Below, in pieces: positions 1 to 8,574 of a DNA stretch of 26,690 nucleotides; position 1 is the stretch's first letter, and each line of letters opens with the position of its first letter. This stretch comes from Candidatus Doudnabacteria bacterium (GTDB lineage: Bacteria > Patescibacteriota > Doudnabacteria > UBA920 > 2-01-FULL-50-11). The DNA lies in contig JACQJK010000008.1 of assembly GCA_016205055.1 (NCBI GenBank), positions 1 to 26,690 of the forward strand, given 5' to 3'. The notes under the pieces are model-generated. The model was not told the DNA's origin, did no database searches, and saw only the letters and a list, made by a program, of their open reading frames with translations. The translations under genes and the position numbers were made by a program.

Positions 1-1238
1 CCGTCTTTTTGCTGATAATTTTCCAGAATGGCGATGATACTGCGGCCAATGGCAAAAGCGGTGGCGTCGTTCATGTGCACAAATTCGCTCCTCCCGGATT
101 TTCGGCGAACTTTAGTATTCAATCGGCGCGCTTGAAAGTCGGTCATCAGGTCGGAAGTGTGAGTTTCGCGGTACTTGCCTTGACCGGGCATCCACGTTTC
201 GATGTCAATTTGCCTTGAATCCGGCATGGAAGTTTCCCCCGCGCACATCAAAACGACCTGATAAGGCAATTCGAGTTCCTGCATCATTCGCTCTTGCAAG
301 GCAATGATGAATTCTTGCTCTTTGACCGAATTTTCCGCCAGACAAAACGATTCCATTTCCAATTTGTCGAATTGGTGCACACGCAAAATTCCTCTGGTGT
401 CGCGGCCATACGAGCCGGCTTCACGCCGAAAACTCGTGGAAAAGCCCAAATACCTTACGGGCAGCTGCGATTCTTCAAAGGTGCTATCAAGGTGCAGGGG
501 CCCGAGCGTGTGCTCGGCGCTACCAATCAAGTAAAGATCGTCTTTCGGAAGGTAGTATCGTTCTTCTTTGTCTTGCTCCGTAAGACGGCCCATTTTGGAA
601 AAAATTTCCGGTCGGATCATGACCGGCGGGAGCACGGGGATGAACGGATTTGAAGAAAATCCCTTTTCGATCTTTTCCGCTACCGATGCGACTTTTTTCC
701 GGTCAGTCAGAAAATCCAAGGTAAACTGGATTAACGCAAACTGCAACAATACGGCCTGCCCCTTCAGATACGCAAACCTGGTGCCAGTTATTCTTGCCGC
801 GCTGGGAATGTCGATGATATCCAGCGCTTCTCCTAGCTGCATATGATCTCTGGGCGCAAAATCAAATTTGGGAACCGCACCGTGCTGGCGTAAGATTTTG
901 TTTGCCGACTCATCCGCTCCGCGCGGCACATCGTCTAAAAGGACGTTGGGAACCTGGTACATTAACTCCGAAAAAACGGCTTCCAGTTTGGCTTTCTGTT
1001 GGTCCAGTTTTTTAATTTGGGTCTTCAATTGCTTAAGTTGAACGATCATTGACTGATCGTTGGGCTTTGCTTTTGAGGAGAGATTTGCCTGCGCGCGGAG
1101 TTGTTCCAATTGAGTCGTAACCGCGCGCTTTTCTTCATCCAAAGCAAATAACTTTACTAAGTCAACTTTAGCTTTTTTCGCGGTGATTGCCTCTTTGACT
1201 TTTTCGGTATTTTCCCGAACGAATTTAATGTCCAGCAT
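1..1238 (-). CDS. serS: Seryl-tRNA synthetase (3' end runs off the window edge)
   Basis: Translated by hand from ATG at 1238: MLDIKFVREN..., N-terminal coiled-coil arm, then FRREAGSYGRDTRGILRVHQFDKLE (class II motif 2) and HMNDATAFAIGR (motif 3 region). No stop before base 1, which explains its absence from the ORF track. Confidence 0.96.
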   Translation of the reverse strand, partial: MLDIKFVRENTEKVKEAITAKKAKVDLVKLFALDEEKRAVTTQLEQLRAQANLSSKAKPNDQSMIVQLKQLKTQIKKLDQQKAKLEAVFSELMYQVPNVLLDDVPRGADESANKILRQHGAVPKFDFAPRDHMQLGEALDIIDIPSAARITGTRFAYLKGQAVLLQFALIQFTLDFLTDRKKVASVAEKIEKGFSSNPFIPVLPPVMIRPEIFSKMGRLTEQDKEERYYLPKDDLYLIGSAEHTLGPLHLDSTFEESQLPVRYLGFSTSFRREAGSYGRDTRGILRVHQFDKLEMESFCLAENSVKEQEFIIALQERMMQELELPYQVVLMCAGETSMPDSRQIDIETWMPGQGKYRETHTSDLMTDFQARRLNTKVRRKSGRSEFVHMNDATAFAIGRSIIAILENYQQKD

Positions 1239-1375
1239 AGTCCTTTTTCAAAAAAATTTTTAAACTTTCAACAGCTGCCCTACGGTCTCCTTCCGTTAAT
1301 TACGATAACTCGTCGAACCACTGGTGATACCTTGGGGCAAACAACAATTTGTGCTGCCAACGAGCAATTGCATAA

Positions 1376-1855
1376 CTACTGCAAAACCGCTCGCACTGAT
1401 TTCGTTTGTAATTTTTCAACGGAAACTCCCAAGGCGTAAATCTCTTCGGCCTTCAACAATTCTTCCTCTATCCCCACGTGTGGTAAGGTTGCCAAATCAG
1501 AAACGCTGACCCATCTAAAATCAGTAAAATCCCGGCTAACCTTCACGACATCTGAACCCTCAATTTCGCACAAGTAGGAAAACGATTTCGAGGTCTGCCC
1601 GTCCGGCCTTAAGATTGACTTATCCTTTAAGAGCAGCTTTCCTGGTTTTAATTTTAACCCGGCCTCCTCCCAAACTTCTTTCGATAGAGCTTCATCGACT
1701 GTTTCGTTGCCTTCCATCTTTCCGCCTGGAAAAGTAAACATCCCCGGATAAACCTTTTCGCGGTCGTGGCGCTTCAGAACCAAGTATTTACGGTCTTTAC
1801 TCCTCACTACCGCCACTACGGTAACAATGTGCAATTTAGGATTCAGTTCACTCAT
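1376..1855 (-). CDS. Nudix hydrolase
   Basis: Nudix box GGKMEGNETVDEALSKEVWEEAGL (G-x5-E-x7-KE-x2-EE-x-G-L, with K in place of the usual R), preceded by LVLKR...YPGMFTFPGG. Confidence 0.9.
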   Translation of the reverse strand: MSELNPKLHIVTVVAVVRSKDRKYLVLKRHDREKVYPGMFTFPGGKMEGNETVDEALSKEVWEEAGLKLKPGKLLLKDKSILRPDGQTSKSFSYLCEIEGSDVVKVSRDFTDFRWVSVSDLATLPHVGIEEELLKAEEIYALGVSVEKLQTKSVRAVLQ

Positions 1856-1911
1856 AAAAAGTCCGAAACGAAATGTAATTCAACACTGCTCTTGCGCTGC
1901 CATTTTCTTCT

Positions 1912-3813
1912 CTATCCATACAAGGGCAAATCCTTTGTCAGAGATTCAACCAAGGACTTTCTGCCGAAAACAAGAACTCCCAAATATTCCACATCTTTTC
2001 TATTTTTATTCTTCGTTCGCTCAATCACTTTCTTATCGTCAGTGGTCGCGATCATCTCTTTGATAAATTCGCTTACCTCTAACCCGTCATGCTTGGCACT
2101 GTCAGAAAGTTTTTGAATTATTTGACTCGAATTTGCTGACTTAATCATGATGGCGTGTTGAATATTGAGCTTAATGCGCTTTCCGTCTTTTGTTCCTATT
2201 TCATCCTGATAAAGCAATTTTCGGCCTTCTCTTGCGCCAAAAGCCGCATTCAGGTGAGCAATAGTATTCAACTCCTCCCAGAATTTCATGCCGGCGCCTT
2301 TGTTGATCACCGCCACCGCGATTTTCGTGATTTTGGATTTTCCTTCTTTCGCTGATTCTTCCTTCATCGGCGGGAAAATTACCGTTTCCCGAATCGACTT
2401 GTCCATCAGCACGGCAAAAAGCCGCTCGGACATGCCAAAACCAACCGCCGGCGGCATGCCGTACTCGAGAGCTTCCACAAAATCCTCATCGAGCATCTGC
2501 GCCTCCCGATCACCGGCCGCGCGCAACTTCATTTGCTCTTCAAAACGTTTTCGCTGATCCAGCGGATCGTTCAACTCGGACCAACCGTTGCCCAGCTCGG
2601 TGCCGGCGGCCAGAATTTGAAATCTTAAAACTTTGCGCGGATTTTTAAGGTCGCTCTTGGAAAGAGGGGAAATTTCTAAAGGGTGGCCGACAAGAAAGCA
2701 TGGCTGAATGAGCTTTTCCCTGACCGTCTTTTTGAAAATCGCATCAATCAGCCGGCCTCGACCGAAAGTCTTATCATAGACAATAGACATCCTGTCGGCG
2801 TGTTTTTTCAAATCGTCAACGGTCAAATGACTATTTAGGTCAATACCGGTTTCCTTTTGCAAGACCGTGAAATAATCAACCTTAGCCCAGTCGCCTCCCC
2901 AATTAAGCTCGCGACCGGCAAAACTGGTTTTGAAAGAACCCGCGATGTTCCTGGCGACCAGTTTAAACATTTTTTCTGCCAAGGCCATCCCCTGTTCATG
3001 ATCAGCGTATGCCCAATAAAATTCCATGTCGTCATATTCCTGCAGGTGTTCGCGGTCAATGCCTTCGTTGCGGAACAGGCGTCCAATTTCAAACACTCGG
3101 TCAAAACCGCCGACCAATAAACGCTTCAAGGGAAGCTCCAGAGAAATCCGCAAATAAAAATCGCGATCAAGCGCGTTGTGGTGAGTTACGAACGGTTCGG
3201 CGTCAGCCCCTCCGGGTACGTTCTCCAAAACCGGAGTCTGGACTTCCAAAAATCCCTCGGCTGCCAAAAAGTTTCTAATCGTCTGCCAAAAAACATTTTT
3301 GCGTCGGAGCATTTCCCTCACTTCCGCATTGACAACCATATCCAAGTAGCGACGGCGCAGGCGCGTTTCCATGTCTTTCAAACCGTGAAATTTCTCCGGA
3401 AGCGCGCGCAAAGACTTTGCCAGCAAACTCAAGTCTTTGGCCAACAAGGTTTTCTCTCCGGTTTTCGTTTTAAACACACCTCCCGCAACCCCCAGAAAGT
3501 CGCCGGTGTCGAGGAGTTCAAGCAGTGCAAAGGATTTTTGGCCCAGCTCTTCGGCTTTGAACGCCACTTGAATTTTCCCGCTTTCGTCCTCCAGATCGCT
3601 AAAAATGATTTTTCCATGAGAACGCATCGCCCGCAGGCGCCCGACCAGCTTCATTTGCTTTTTCTGGCGCTCGTAATCCTCGAATTTTCCCAAAACCTCG
3701 CCGATCAAGTGCGTCCGTTGAGCTTTTGCCGGATAAGGATCAACTCCTTGCGCTTTTATTTTTTGCAGCTTTTGCAATCGCTCGGCAAGCAACTCTGTTT
3801 CTTTTTGAGTCAT
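1912..3813 (-). CDS. lysS: Lysyl-tRNA synthetase (class II) with an extra ~140 aa C-terminal DUF2000-like domain
   Basis: OB-fold anticodon domain; FLEVQTPVL, YLRISLELPLKRLLVGGFDRVFEIGRLFRNEG, EALEYGMPPAVGFG. The core ends at IRETVIFPPMK (~aa 484) but the frame continues to aa 633. Confidence 0.96.
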   Translation of the reverse strand: MTQKETELLAERLQKLQKIKAQGVDPYPAKAQRTHLIGEVLGKFEDYERQKKQMKLVGRLRAMRSHGKIIFSDLEDESGKIQVAFKAEELGQKSFALLELLDTGDFLGVAGGVFKTKTGEKTLLAKDLSLLAKSLRALPEKFHGLKDMETRLRRRYLDMVVNAEVREMLRRKNVFWQTIRNFLAAEGFLEVQTPVLENVPGGADAEPFVTHHNALDRDFYLRISLELPLKRLLVGGFDRVFEIGRLFRNEGIDREHLQEYDDMEFYWAYADHEQGMALAEKMFKLVARNIAGSFKTSFAGRELNWGGDWAKVDYFTVLQKETGIDLNSHLTVDDLKKHADRMSIVYDKTFGRGRLIDAIFKKTVREKLIQPCFLVGHPLEISPLSKSDLKNPRKVLRFQILAAGTELGNGWSELNDPLDQRKRFEEQMKLRAAGDREAQMLDEDFVEALEYGMPPAVGFGMSERLFAVLMDKSIRETVIFPPMKEESAKEGKSKITKIAVAVINKGAGMKFWEELNTIAHLNAAFGAREGRKLLYQDEIGTKDGKRIKLNIQHAIMIKSANSSQIIQKLSDSAKHDGLEVSEFIKEMIATTDDKKVIERTKNKNRKDVEYLGVLVFGRKSLVESLTKDLPLYG

Positions 3814-3844
3814 AACAAAAATACGATCAGTAATCTTTGATCGT

Positions 3845-3853
3845 ATTATACCA
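3845..3853 (-). promoter_or_regulatory. Putative extended -10 promoter (TGGTATAAT) upstream of lysS
   Basis: Minus strand reads TG-G-TATAAT, 32 nt upstream of the lysS ATG. No good -35 at 17 bp. Confidence 0.55.
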
Positions 3854-3866
3854 CAAAAACCGGAGC

Positions 3867-4328
3867 TTACGAGATTTCAGTAACTTCGTAGGTTTTTTGC
3901 CCGGCGGGAGTTTGAATAGATACCTTCTCGTTGACCTTAGCGCCCAGTAACGATCGGCCGACCAAGGATTCGTTGGAGATCCGGCCAGTGGAAGGGTTGG
4001 CCTCGCCAGAACCAACTATGGTGTAGGCCCTTAATTCCCCGTCAATTCTTACTTTTACGGTTGAGCCCACGGCAACAATATTCTTCGGATGCTGACCGCT
4101 GATCAATTCCGCATTCTTAACCATTTCCTCAAGCTGCATGATCCGTGCCTCCATCATCGCTTGTTCTTCCTTGGCTTGCGCATAATCCGCGTTTTCCGAA
4201 AGATCGCCATGAGCAGCCGCTTCCTGGATCCTTTCAATCACCTCCGGGCGTTTAACCTTTTCCAAAACCTCAAGTTCTTTTTTTAACTTCCCCAGACCTT
4301 CTTTAGTCAAAAGGTATTTTTGTGTCAT
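3867..4328 (-). CDS. greA: Transcription elongation factor GreA
   Basis: AAAHGDLSENADYAQAKEEQ motif and C-terminal ISNESLVGRSLLG. ATG at 4328 preferred over the TTG at 4334 in the ORF track. Confidence 0.97.
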   Translation of the reverse strand: MTQKYLLTKEGLGKLKKELEVLEKVKRPEVIERIQEAAAHGDLSENADYAQAKEEQAMMEARIMQLEEMVKNAELISGQHPKNIVAVGSTVKVRIDGELRAYTIVGSGEANPSTGRISNESLVGRSLLGAKVNEKVSIQTPAGQKTYEVTEIS

Positions 4329-4356
4329 CTCCAAGTTCTTATATGATAATATCGAA

Positions 4357-4385
4357 ATTTTATTCTTTTAAGAATGCTGTGTCAA
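4357..4385 (-). promoter_or_regulatory. Sigma70-type promoter for greA (TTGACA-17-TAAAAT)
   Basis: Minus strand: TTGACA at 4385-4380, 17-nt spacer, TAAAAT at 4362-4357. Confidence 0.7.
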
Positions 4386-4431
4386 GAATCCTGTGTCAAG
4401 AGGCCGCCATGGAAAACCGCTTGTTCATTAG

Positions 4432-5286
4432 TTACCCATGGGGGTCTAAACGTCTCTTGTGTTTTAACCGGTATGCCGAAAGTAAGTTCCTAAATAACAT
4501 GGCCACTGTTAATGGCCCTACGCCGCCTGGAACGGGAGCATAATAACTGGCAACCTTTTCCACACTTTCTCGATCGGCGTCTCCGACTATGTTCCCGCCG
4601 GATTCGGAGGTGCCTGCGTCAATGACAATCGCTCCGGGTTTCAAGATTTGGCCAGTTACCAGTTTTGGCTGTCCTGCTGCCAGCACTACAACGTCCGCTT
4701 GCTTTAAAATTTGTTCCATATTCGGCGTGGCGCGATCTAAACTCTTTACATTCCAGCCCTTTTTTCGGATTAAATGCCGCACCGGTCTGCCCACAAGCTC
4801 TCCTTGGCCCAAGATCACGAATGTTTTAAAAGAAAAATCAACTGGCAATTGCGACAAGATATGCATGACCGCGGCTGCCGCGGGCGGGATATACCGAGGC
4901 GAGCCCGAGTAAAAAGCCGATAAGTTTTCAGAACCAATGCAATCCACGTCAATCATTGCTGGAATAGCTCCTAACACTTTCGCTTTATCAATGCTTGCAG
5001 GAAGGGGTAACTGCACAATCAGTCCGCAAAGCGAATCGTTCTTTTGCAATCTTTTCAGCAAATCAAGCACTTCGGAAGTCTTGGAATGTTTGGATAATTG
5101 TTCCAAACGAAAGCCAATACCGATACTAACTGCGGTTTTCTCCTTAACGCGGACATAAGATAAAGTTACGGGGTCGTCCCCTACTACCAAGTCGACCAAA
5201 AGCGGAGTTGAGCTAAAAGTCGAAATTGCGCGTCGGAACTCCTCTAACAATGTATCTGCAAGTTTGCGACCGTCAATGAGACTCAT
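4432..5286 (-). CDS. folD: Bifunctional methylenetetrahydrofolate dehydrogenase/cyclohydrolase
   Basis: IDGRKLA start, YVRVKEK, GLIVQLPLP, ILGQGELVGRP, VIDAG, APVPGGVGPLTVAMLFRN. Confidence 0.95.
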   Translation of the reverse strand: MSLIDGRKLADTLLEEFRRAISTFSSTPLLVDLVVGDDPVTLSYVRVKEKTAVSIGIGFRLEQLSKHSKTSEVLDLLKRLQKNDSLCGLIVQLPLPASIDKAKVLGAIPAMIDVDCIGSENLSAFYSGSPRYIPPAAAAVMHILSQLPVDFSFKTFVILGQGELVGRPVRHLIRKKGWNVKSLDRATPNMEQILKQADVVVLAAGQPKLVTGQILKPGAIVIDAGTSESGGNIVGDADRESVEKVASYYAPVPGGVGPLTVAMLFRNLLSAYRLKHKRRLDPHG

Positions 5287-5289
5287 ACG

Positions 5290-7254
5290 CTAATTGCGAT
5301 TTTTAGCAAACCAATCCAAAACTTCCGCGGCCACAGGCACAGCCGCCCCACTGCCCTCACCGCCAGCTTCTATTATCACCGTTATTACGATCTTAGGGTT
5401 ATTAAGGGGCGCGAACGCGGTGAACCAGGCGTGGGTACGGGACAAATCGCTCCCATCAAACTGCGAAGTGCCGGTTTTACCGGCCACCGACATCGACGGA
5501 ACGTTCAACGACTTCGCCGTTCCTTCCGTTACGGTTTTTCTCATTCCCGACTTTACCATTTCCAGATACTCACTGGCGATAAAACCGCTTTCCAATACGT
5601 CAATGTCTGCCTCGTACAAAACTTTACCGTCGCGGTCAATAACCTTGTCAACCAGCTGCGGCCGCAGGATTTTTCCGCCATTGGCTACCGCTGCTGTAGC
5701 CACCGCGATTTGCAGCGGAGTCGCAATCACAAACCCCTGGCCAATCGACATATTGTAAGTATCGCCAAGATACCACTTTTCTGCTATCAGGTCACCGGAA
5801 AATCTATTTTTCTTCCAATCCGGAGTGGGCACCAACCCCGATTTTTCTGTAGGTAAATCAATGCCGGTAACTTTCCCGAAACTGAATTTTTTCAAATACT
5901 CGGCCATGCGAACTGGGCCTAGCCCTTCTACGCTCGAGTCCTTCTGTCCGCCGCCGACCGTGTAAAAAAAGATGTCCGATGACAGGGCAATGGCGTCGTA
6001 AACGTCCACCAGACCCAAGCCCGCCGGATTCCACCCGCGAAAAACTTGAAAAACTCCCGGGCTGAACTCGTTGGGAACAAACAACGCGCCTGTATCGTTA
6101 ATCTTCGTCTTTTCAGTAATCACTCCTTCCTCAAGCGCGGCGGACGCGAAAAACGGTTTGACAACTGACCCCGGCGGATAAAGGCCGGAAGTGACTCGGT
6201 TGAATAAGGGAAAATTGCGGTCGGTGACCAGCCGCTCATATTGTTCCTGGGAGATCCCGGAAGCAAAATCATTATTATCAAAACTGGGAATGCTGACGAG
6301 CGCAAGCACCCCTCCCGTTTGGGGGTCCAAGGCCACTGCCGCCGCGCGCTTTGCTCGCCTGCTTGCGGCAACTTTGGTCAAACCGTTGAAAAGCTGGACT
6401 TGCAAATCCCCATCTAATTTTAAAACTAACTTCGCCCCGGGCAAAGCCGGATTTTCTTCAAAAGAATTTCTGACTTTTCCTCGTGCGTCGACCTCCACGA
6501 AACGCCGCCCTAGGCGCCCGCGCAGGAATTTTTCATACTGCAATTCTAAGCCCTCCTTGCCGATCTCGTCGTTGTACAAATAATTTTCTGCTTGCAACTT
6601 CTCGTACTCGCCGGCATTTAACTTTCCAGTATAGCCGACCATATGAGCGAAGACGGGCCCGTCAATGTAATTCCTTTTGGGGTTGTTCTGAATGGAAAAA
6701 CCGGGGAAAGAATTTTCTTCCGTAAAAAACACAAGCGCTCGTTCCCGCTCGACTTGTCTTTTTAAAGTCACGGGGAAAAAAGAAGAACGGTCGGCGCTAG
6801 CGACTAGGCCTTTTAAATAATTTTCGTCAAGTCCGAAAAACTCGGCAACTCGCCTGACCACCTGCGCGGTAGCGGCGGGATCAGAGGGTAAATCCAGCGG
6901 AGTGAAAACTAAATCGAAGCTCGGTTCGTTGAGCGCTATATTTTTGCCAAAGCGGTCGGTGATCAAACCCCGCGGGGCAAAAACGTACTGCACTCGCAAA
7001 CGATTGCCCTCCGCCAGCGCCAGATAACGCTCGTACTGGTGAACTTGCAGATACAAAATTCGAGCTAAAAATACCGAAAAAACCACACCCAAAAGCACTA
7101 GCCAGAATTTCGGGGTAAAGTTTACCTTCTCCTCTCGAGCCAGCTCCTTTGAAAACCGAGGGTCTGTGCTGCTCTCGTCAAATTCCAAAAACCTGCCATG
7201 CGAGACAGTCTGAACTGGCTTTCCGATTTTGAGCTTAAAGGGATCACGACTCAT
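5290..7254 (-). CDS. mrdA: Penicillin-binding protein 2 (class B transpeptidase)
   Basis: N-terminal membrane anchor, APRGLITDRFG dimerisation domain, GSVVKP (SxxK), SSD (SxN-like position), AGKTGT (KTG). Follows mreBCD. ATG at 7254 preferred over the TTG at 7266. Confidence 0.95.
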   Translation of the reverse strand: MSRDPFKLKIGKPVQTVSHGRFLEFDESSTDPRFSKELAREEKVNFTPKFWLVLLGVVFSVFLARILYLQVHQYERYLALAEGNRLRVQYVFAPRGLITDRFGKNIALNEPSFDLVFTPLDLPSDPAATAQVVRRVAEFFGLDENYLKGLVASADRSSFFPVTLKRQVERERALVFFTEENSFPGFSIQNNPKRNYIDGPVFAHMVGYTGKLNAGEYEKLQAENYLYNDEIGKEGLELQYEKFLRGRLGRRFVEVDARGKVRNSFEENPALPGAKLVLKLDGDLQVQLFNGLTKVAASRRAKRAAAVALDPQTGGVLALVSIPSFDNNDFASGISQEQYERLVTDRNFPLFNRVTSGLYPPGSVVKPFFASAALEEGVITEKTKINDTGALFVPNEFSPGVFQVFRGWNPAGLGLVDVYDAIALSSDIFFYTVGGGQKDSSVEGLGPVRMAEYLKKFSFGKVTGIDLPTEKSGLVPTPDWKKNRFSGDLIAEKWYLGDTYNMSIGQGFVIATPLQIAVATAAVANGGKILRPQLVDKVIDRDGKVLYEADIDVLESGFIASEYLEMVKSGMRKTVTEGTAKSLNVPSMSVAGKTGTSQFDGSDLSRTHAWFTAFAPLNNPKIVITVIIEAGGEGSGAAVPVAAEVLDWFAKNRN

Positions 7255-7750
7255 ATGCTGGGCCAAAAAACTTTTTTGCTAACAGCGCCACTGGAAAACA
7301 AAAAACAACAGTCAGAAGCATCGTCCAAATTTGCCCGAAACTCGCAAAAATGAAAAAATCGGCAAGCGGTATCTTAAATAAGAAAAAAACGACACTGCAA
7401 ATAGCAAAAACAGACAGTAAATATAACGGGTAAAAAACCGCTGCGCTTAAATGAACCATAAAAGAGTTTTGCTCCCTTAAAAACCAAGCAGTTGTCAACT
7501 TATGCAGCATACCTGCGAGAGCAAGAAAAGCCAGGACGTTTGTTCCCAAAAAAAATCCTCCGAACAAATCCAAGCACAGCCCGCCAACGATAGCAAGTGT
7601 CAAGAGATAATCAGCAAACCCATAATAAATCAGGATAACTACCCCGACGAAAAACAAGTTCGGGGCCCTGTTGGCTGGAAAAAAATTGGTCAAAAAAAAT
7701 TGAAATAAAATCAGCACCAAAACAAACAAAAGGGCGCGCAAGCTGGTCAT
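7244..7750 (-). CDS. mreD: Rod shape-determining membrane protein MreD (divergent)
   Basis: 168 aa, very hydrophobic, with PNLF and GGLCLDLFGGFFLG (MreD-like G-x-x-x-D-x-x-x-G). Sits between mreC and mrdA. Confidence 0.75.
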   Translation of the reverse strand: MTSLRALLFVLVLILFQFFLTNFFPANRAPNLFFVGVVILIYYGFADYLLTLAIVGGLCLDLFGGFFLGTNVLAFLALAGMLHKLTTAWFLREQNSFMVHLSAAVFYPLYLLSVFAICSVVFFLFKIPLADFFIFASFGQIWTMLLTVVFCFPVALLAKKFFGPAYES

Positions 7751-7753
7751 GCT

Positions 7754-8548
7754 TTAAAACTGCGTTATCACCATAACAAATCGAAAATTTTTCAAATCGG
7801 AAGCGGGCGTGACCGAAAATTTTTGGAACAGTTCCGACTCGCCCGATAACTGCTGATTGAGAAAACCAACAAGAATGCCAGCGGGCATTGCCCCTGTTAA
7901 ACCAGCGGTTATAATCTGATTTCCTGTTTGTGCGCTGAAGTTCTGGGTAAGAAGCTCGAAAGTTAAGCCCAAACTATGAGAACCGGTAATTAGACCAAGT
8001 CCCTTTTTCCCCACTACGCTCCCGTCAATCTTCACGCTCCCGTCAGTAACGAGAAAAAAAACAGCGGTTTCTTCATAAACTTCGCGAATCGCGCCCAGCA
8101 AATTACCATATTGATCAATAACGGCGTTCCCAGGAGATAACCCGTCACTTCTTCCGCGATTGATCGTCACTTGATCTTTAACGCCTAACGGGTCTTTCGT
8201 CACCACTTGCGCTCCTACGGTCGTGTAAGGCAATGTTTTCCTGATACCTAACATTACTCGCAGCTCTTCGTTTTCCTGTTGAAACAATTTTAAGGCAGCG
8301 TTTTCGGAACTTAAGCGCTTTTTTTCACGCAAAAGTTCCGCGCGATCGGAAACCAAAGACCCCAAATAGAAAAAAACGCCAAACGCGCCCTTGATCTTTC
8401 CGGCCAGGTTGCTCACGAATCCCACAGCCGGTTGAGTCGCGGAAAAAAGCAAACTTTTGGGCAGATACAAAAACCCGAATCCGTCTAAGATAATAAGCCC
8501 CGACAGCAAGAAAACTGCGAAAAAAAACTTGAGACGTTTTTTTTTCAT
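7754..8548 (-). CDS. mreC: Rod shape-determining protein MreC
   Basis: N-terminal membrane anchor, coiled coil (LQQENEELR-like FQQENEELRVML), INRGRSDGLSPGNAV, ITAGLTGAMPAGILVG. Directly downstream of mreB. Confidence 0.92.
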   Translation of the reverse strand: MKKKRLKFFFAVFLLSGLIILDGFGFLYLPKSLLFSATQPAVGFVSNLAGKIKGAFGVFFYLGSLVSDRAELLREKKRLSSENAALKLFQQENEELRVMLGIRKTLPYTTVGAQVVTKDPLGVKDQVTINRGRSDGLSPGNAVIDQYGNLLGAIREVYEETAVFFLVTDGSVKIDGSVVGKKGLGLITGSHSLGLTFELLTQNFSAQTGNQIITAGLTGAMPAGILVGFLNQQLSGESELFQKFSVTPASDLKNFRFVMVITQF

Positions 8549-8574
8549 CGTCGGACAAAATTCCTCGAAAAAAA

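Noticed and set aside
9-846. Plus-strand ORFs 9..218, 294..653, 304..534 and 568..846
   Set aside because: They are antisense shadows of serS, which occupies 1..1238 on the minus strand with clear motifs.
1290-1345. GGTTCGA (T-loop-like) upstream of serS as a tRNA or T-box
   Set aside because: There is no T-stem, D-arm or acceptor stem in tRNA geometry, and the T-box consensus match is only 8 of 12.
7260-8550. A/T homopolymer runs of 7-9 nt in mreD, mreC and elsewhere as phase-variation tracts
   Set aside because: They are scattered through many housekeeping genes, all frames are intact, and they fit Phe/Lys codon bias.
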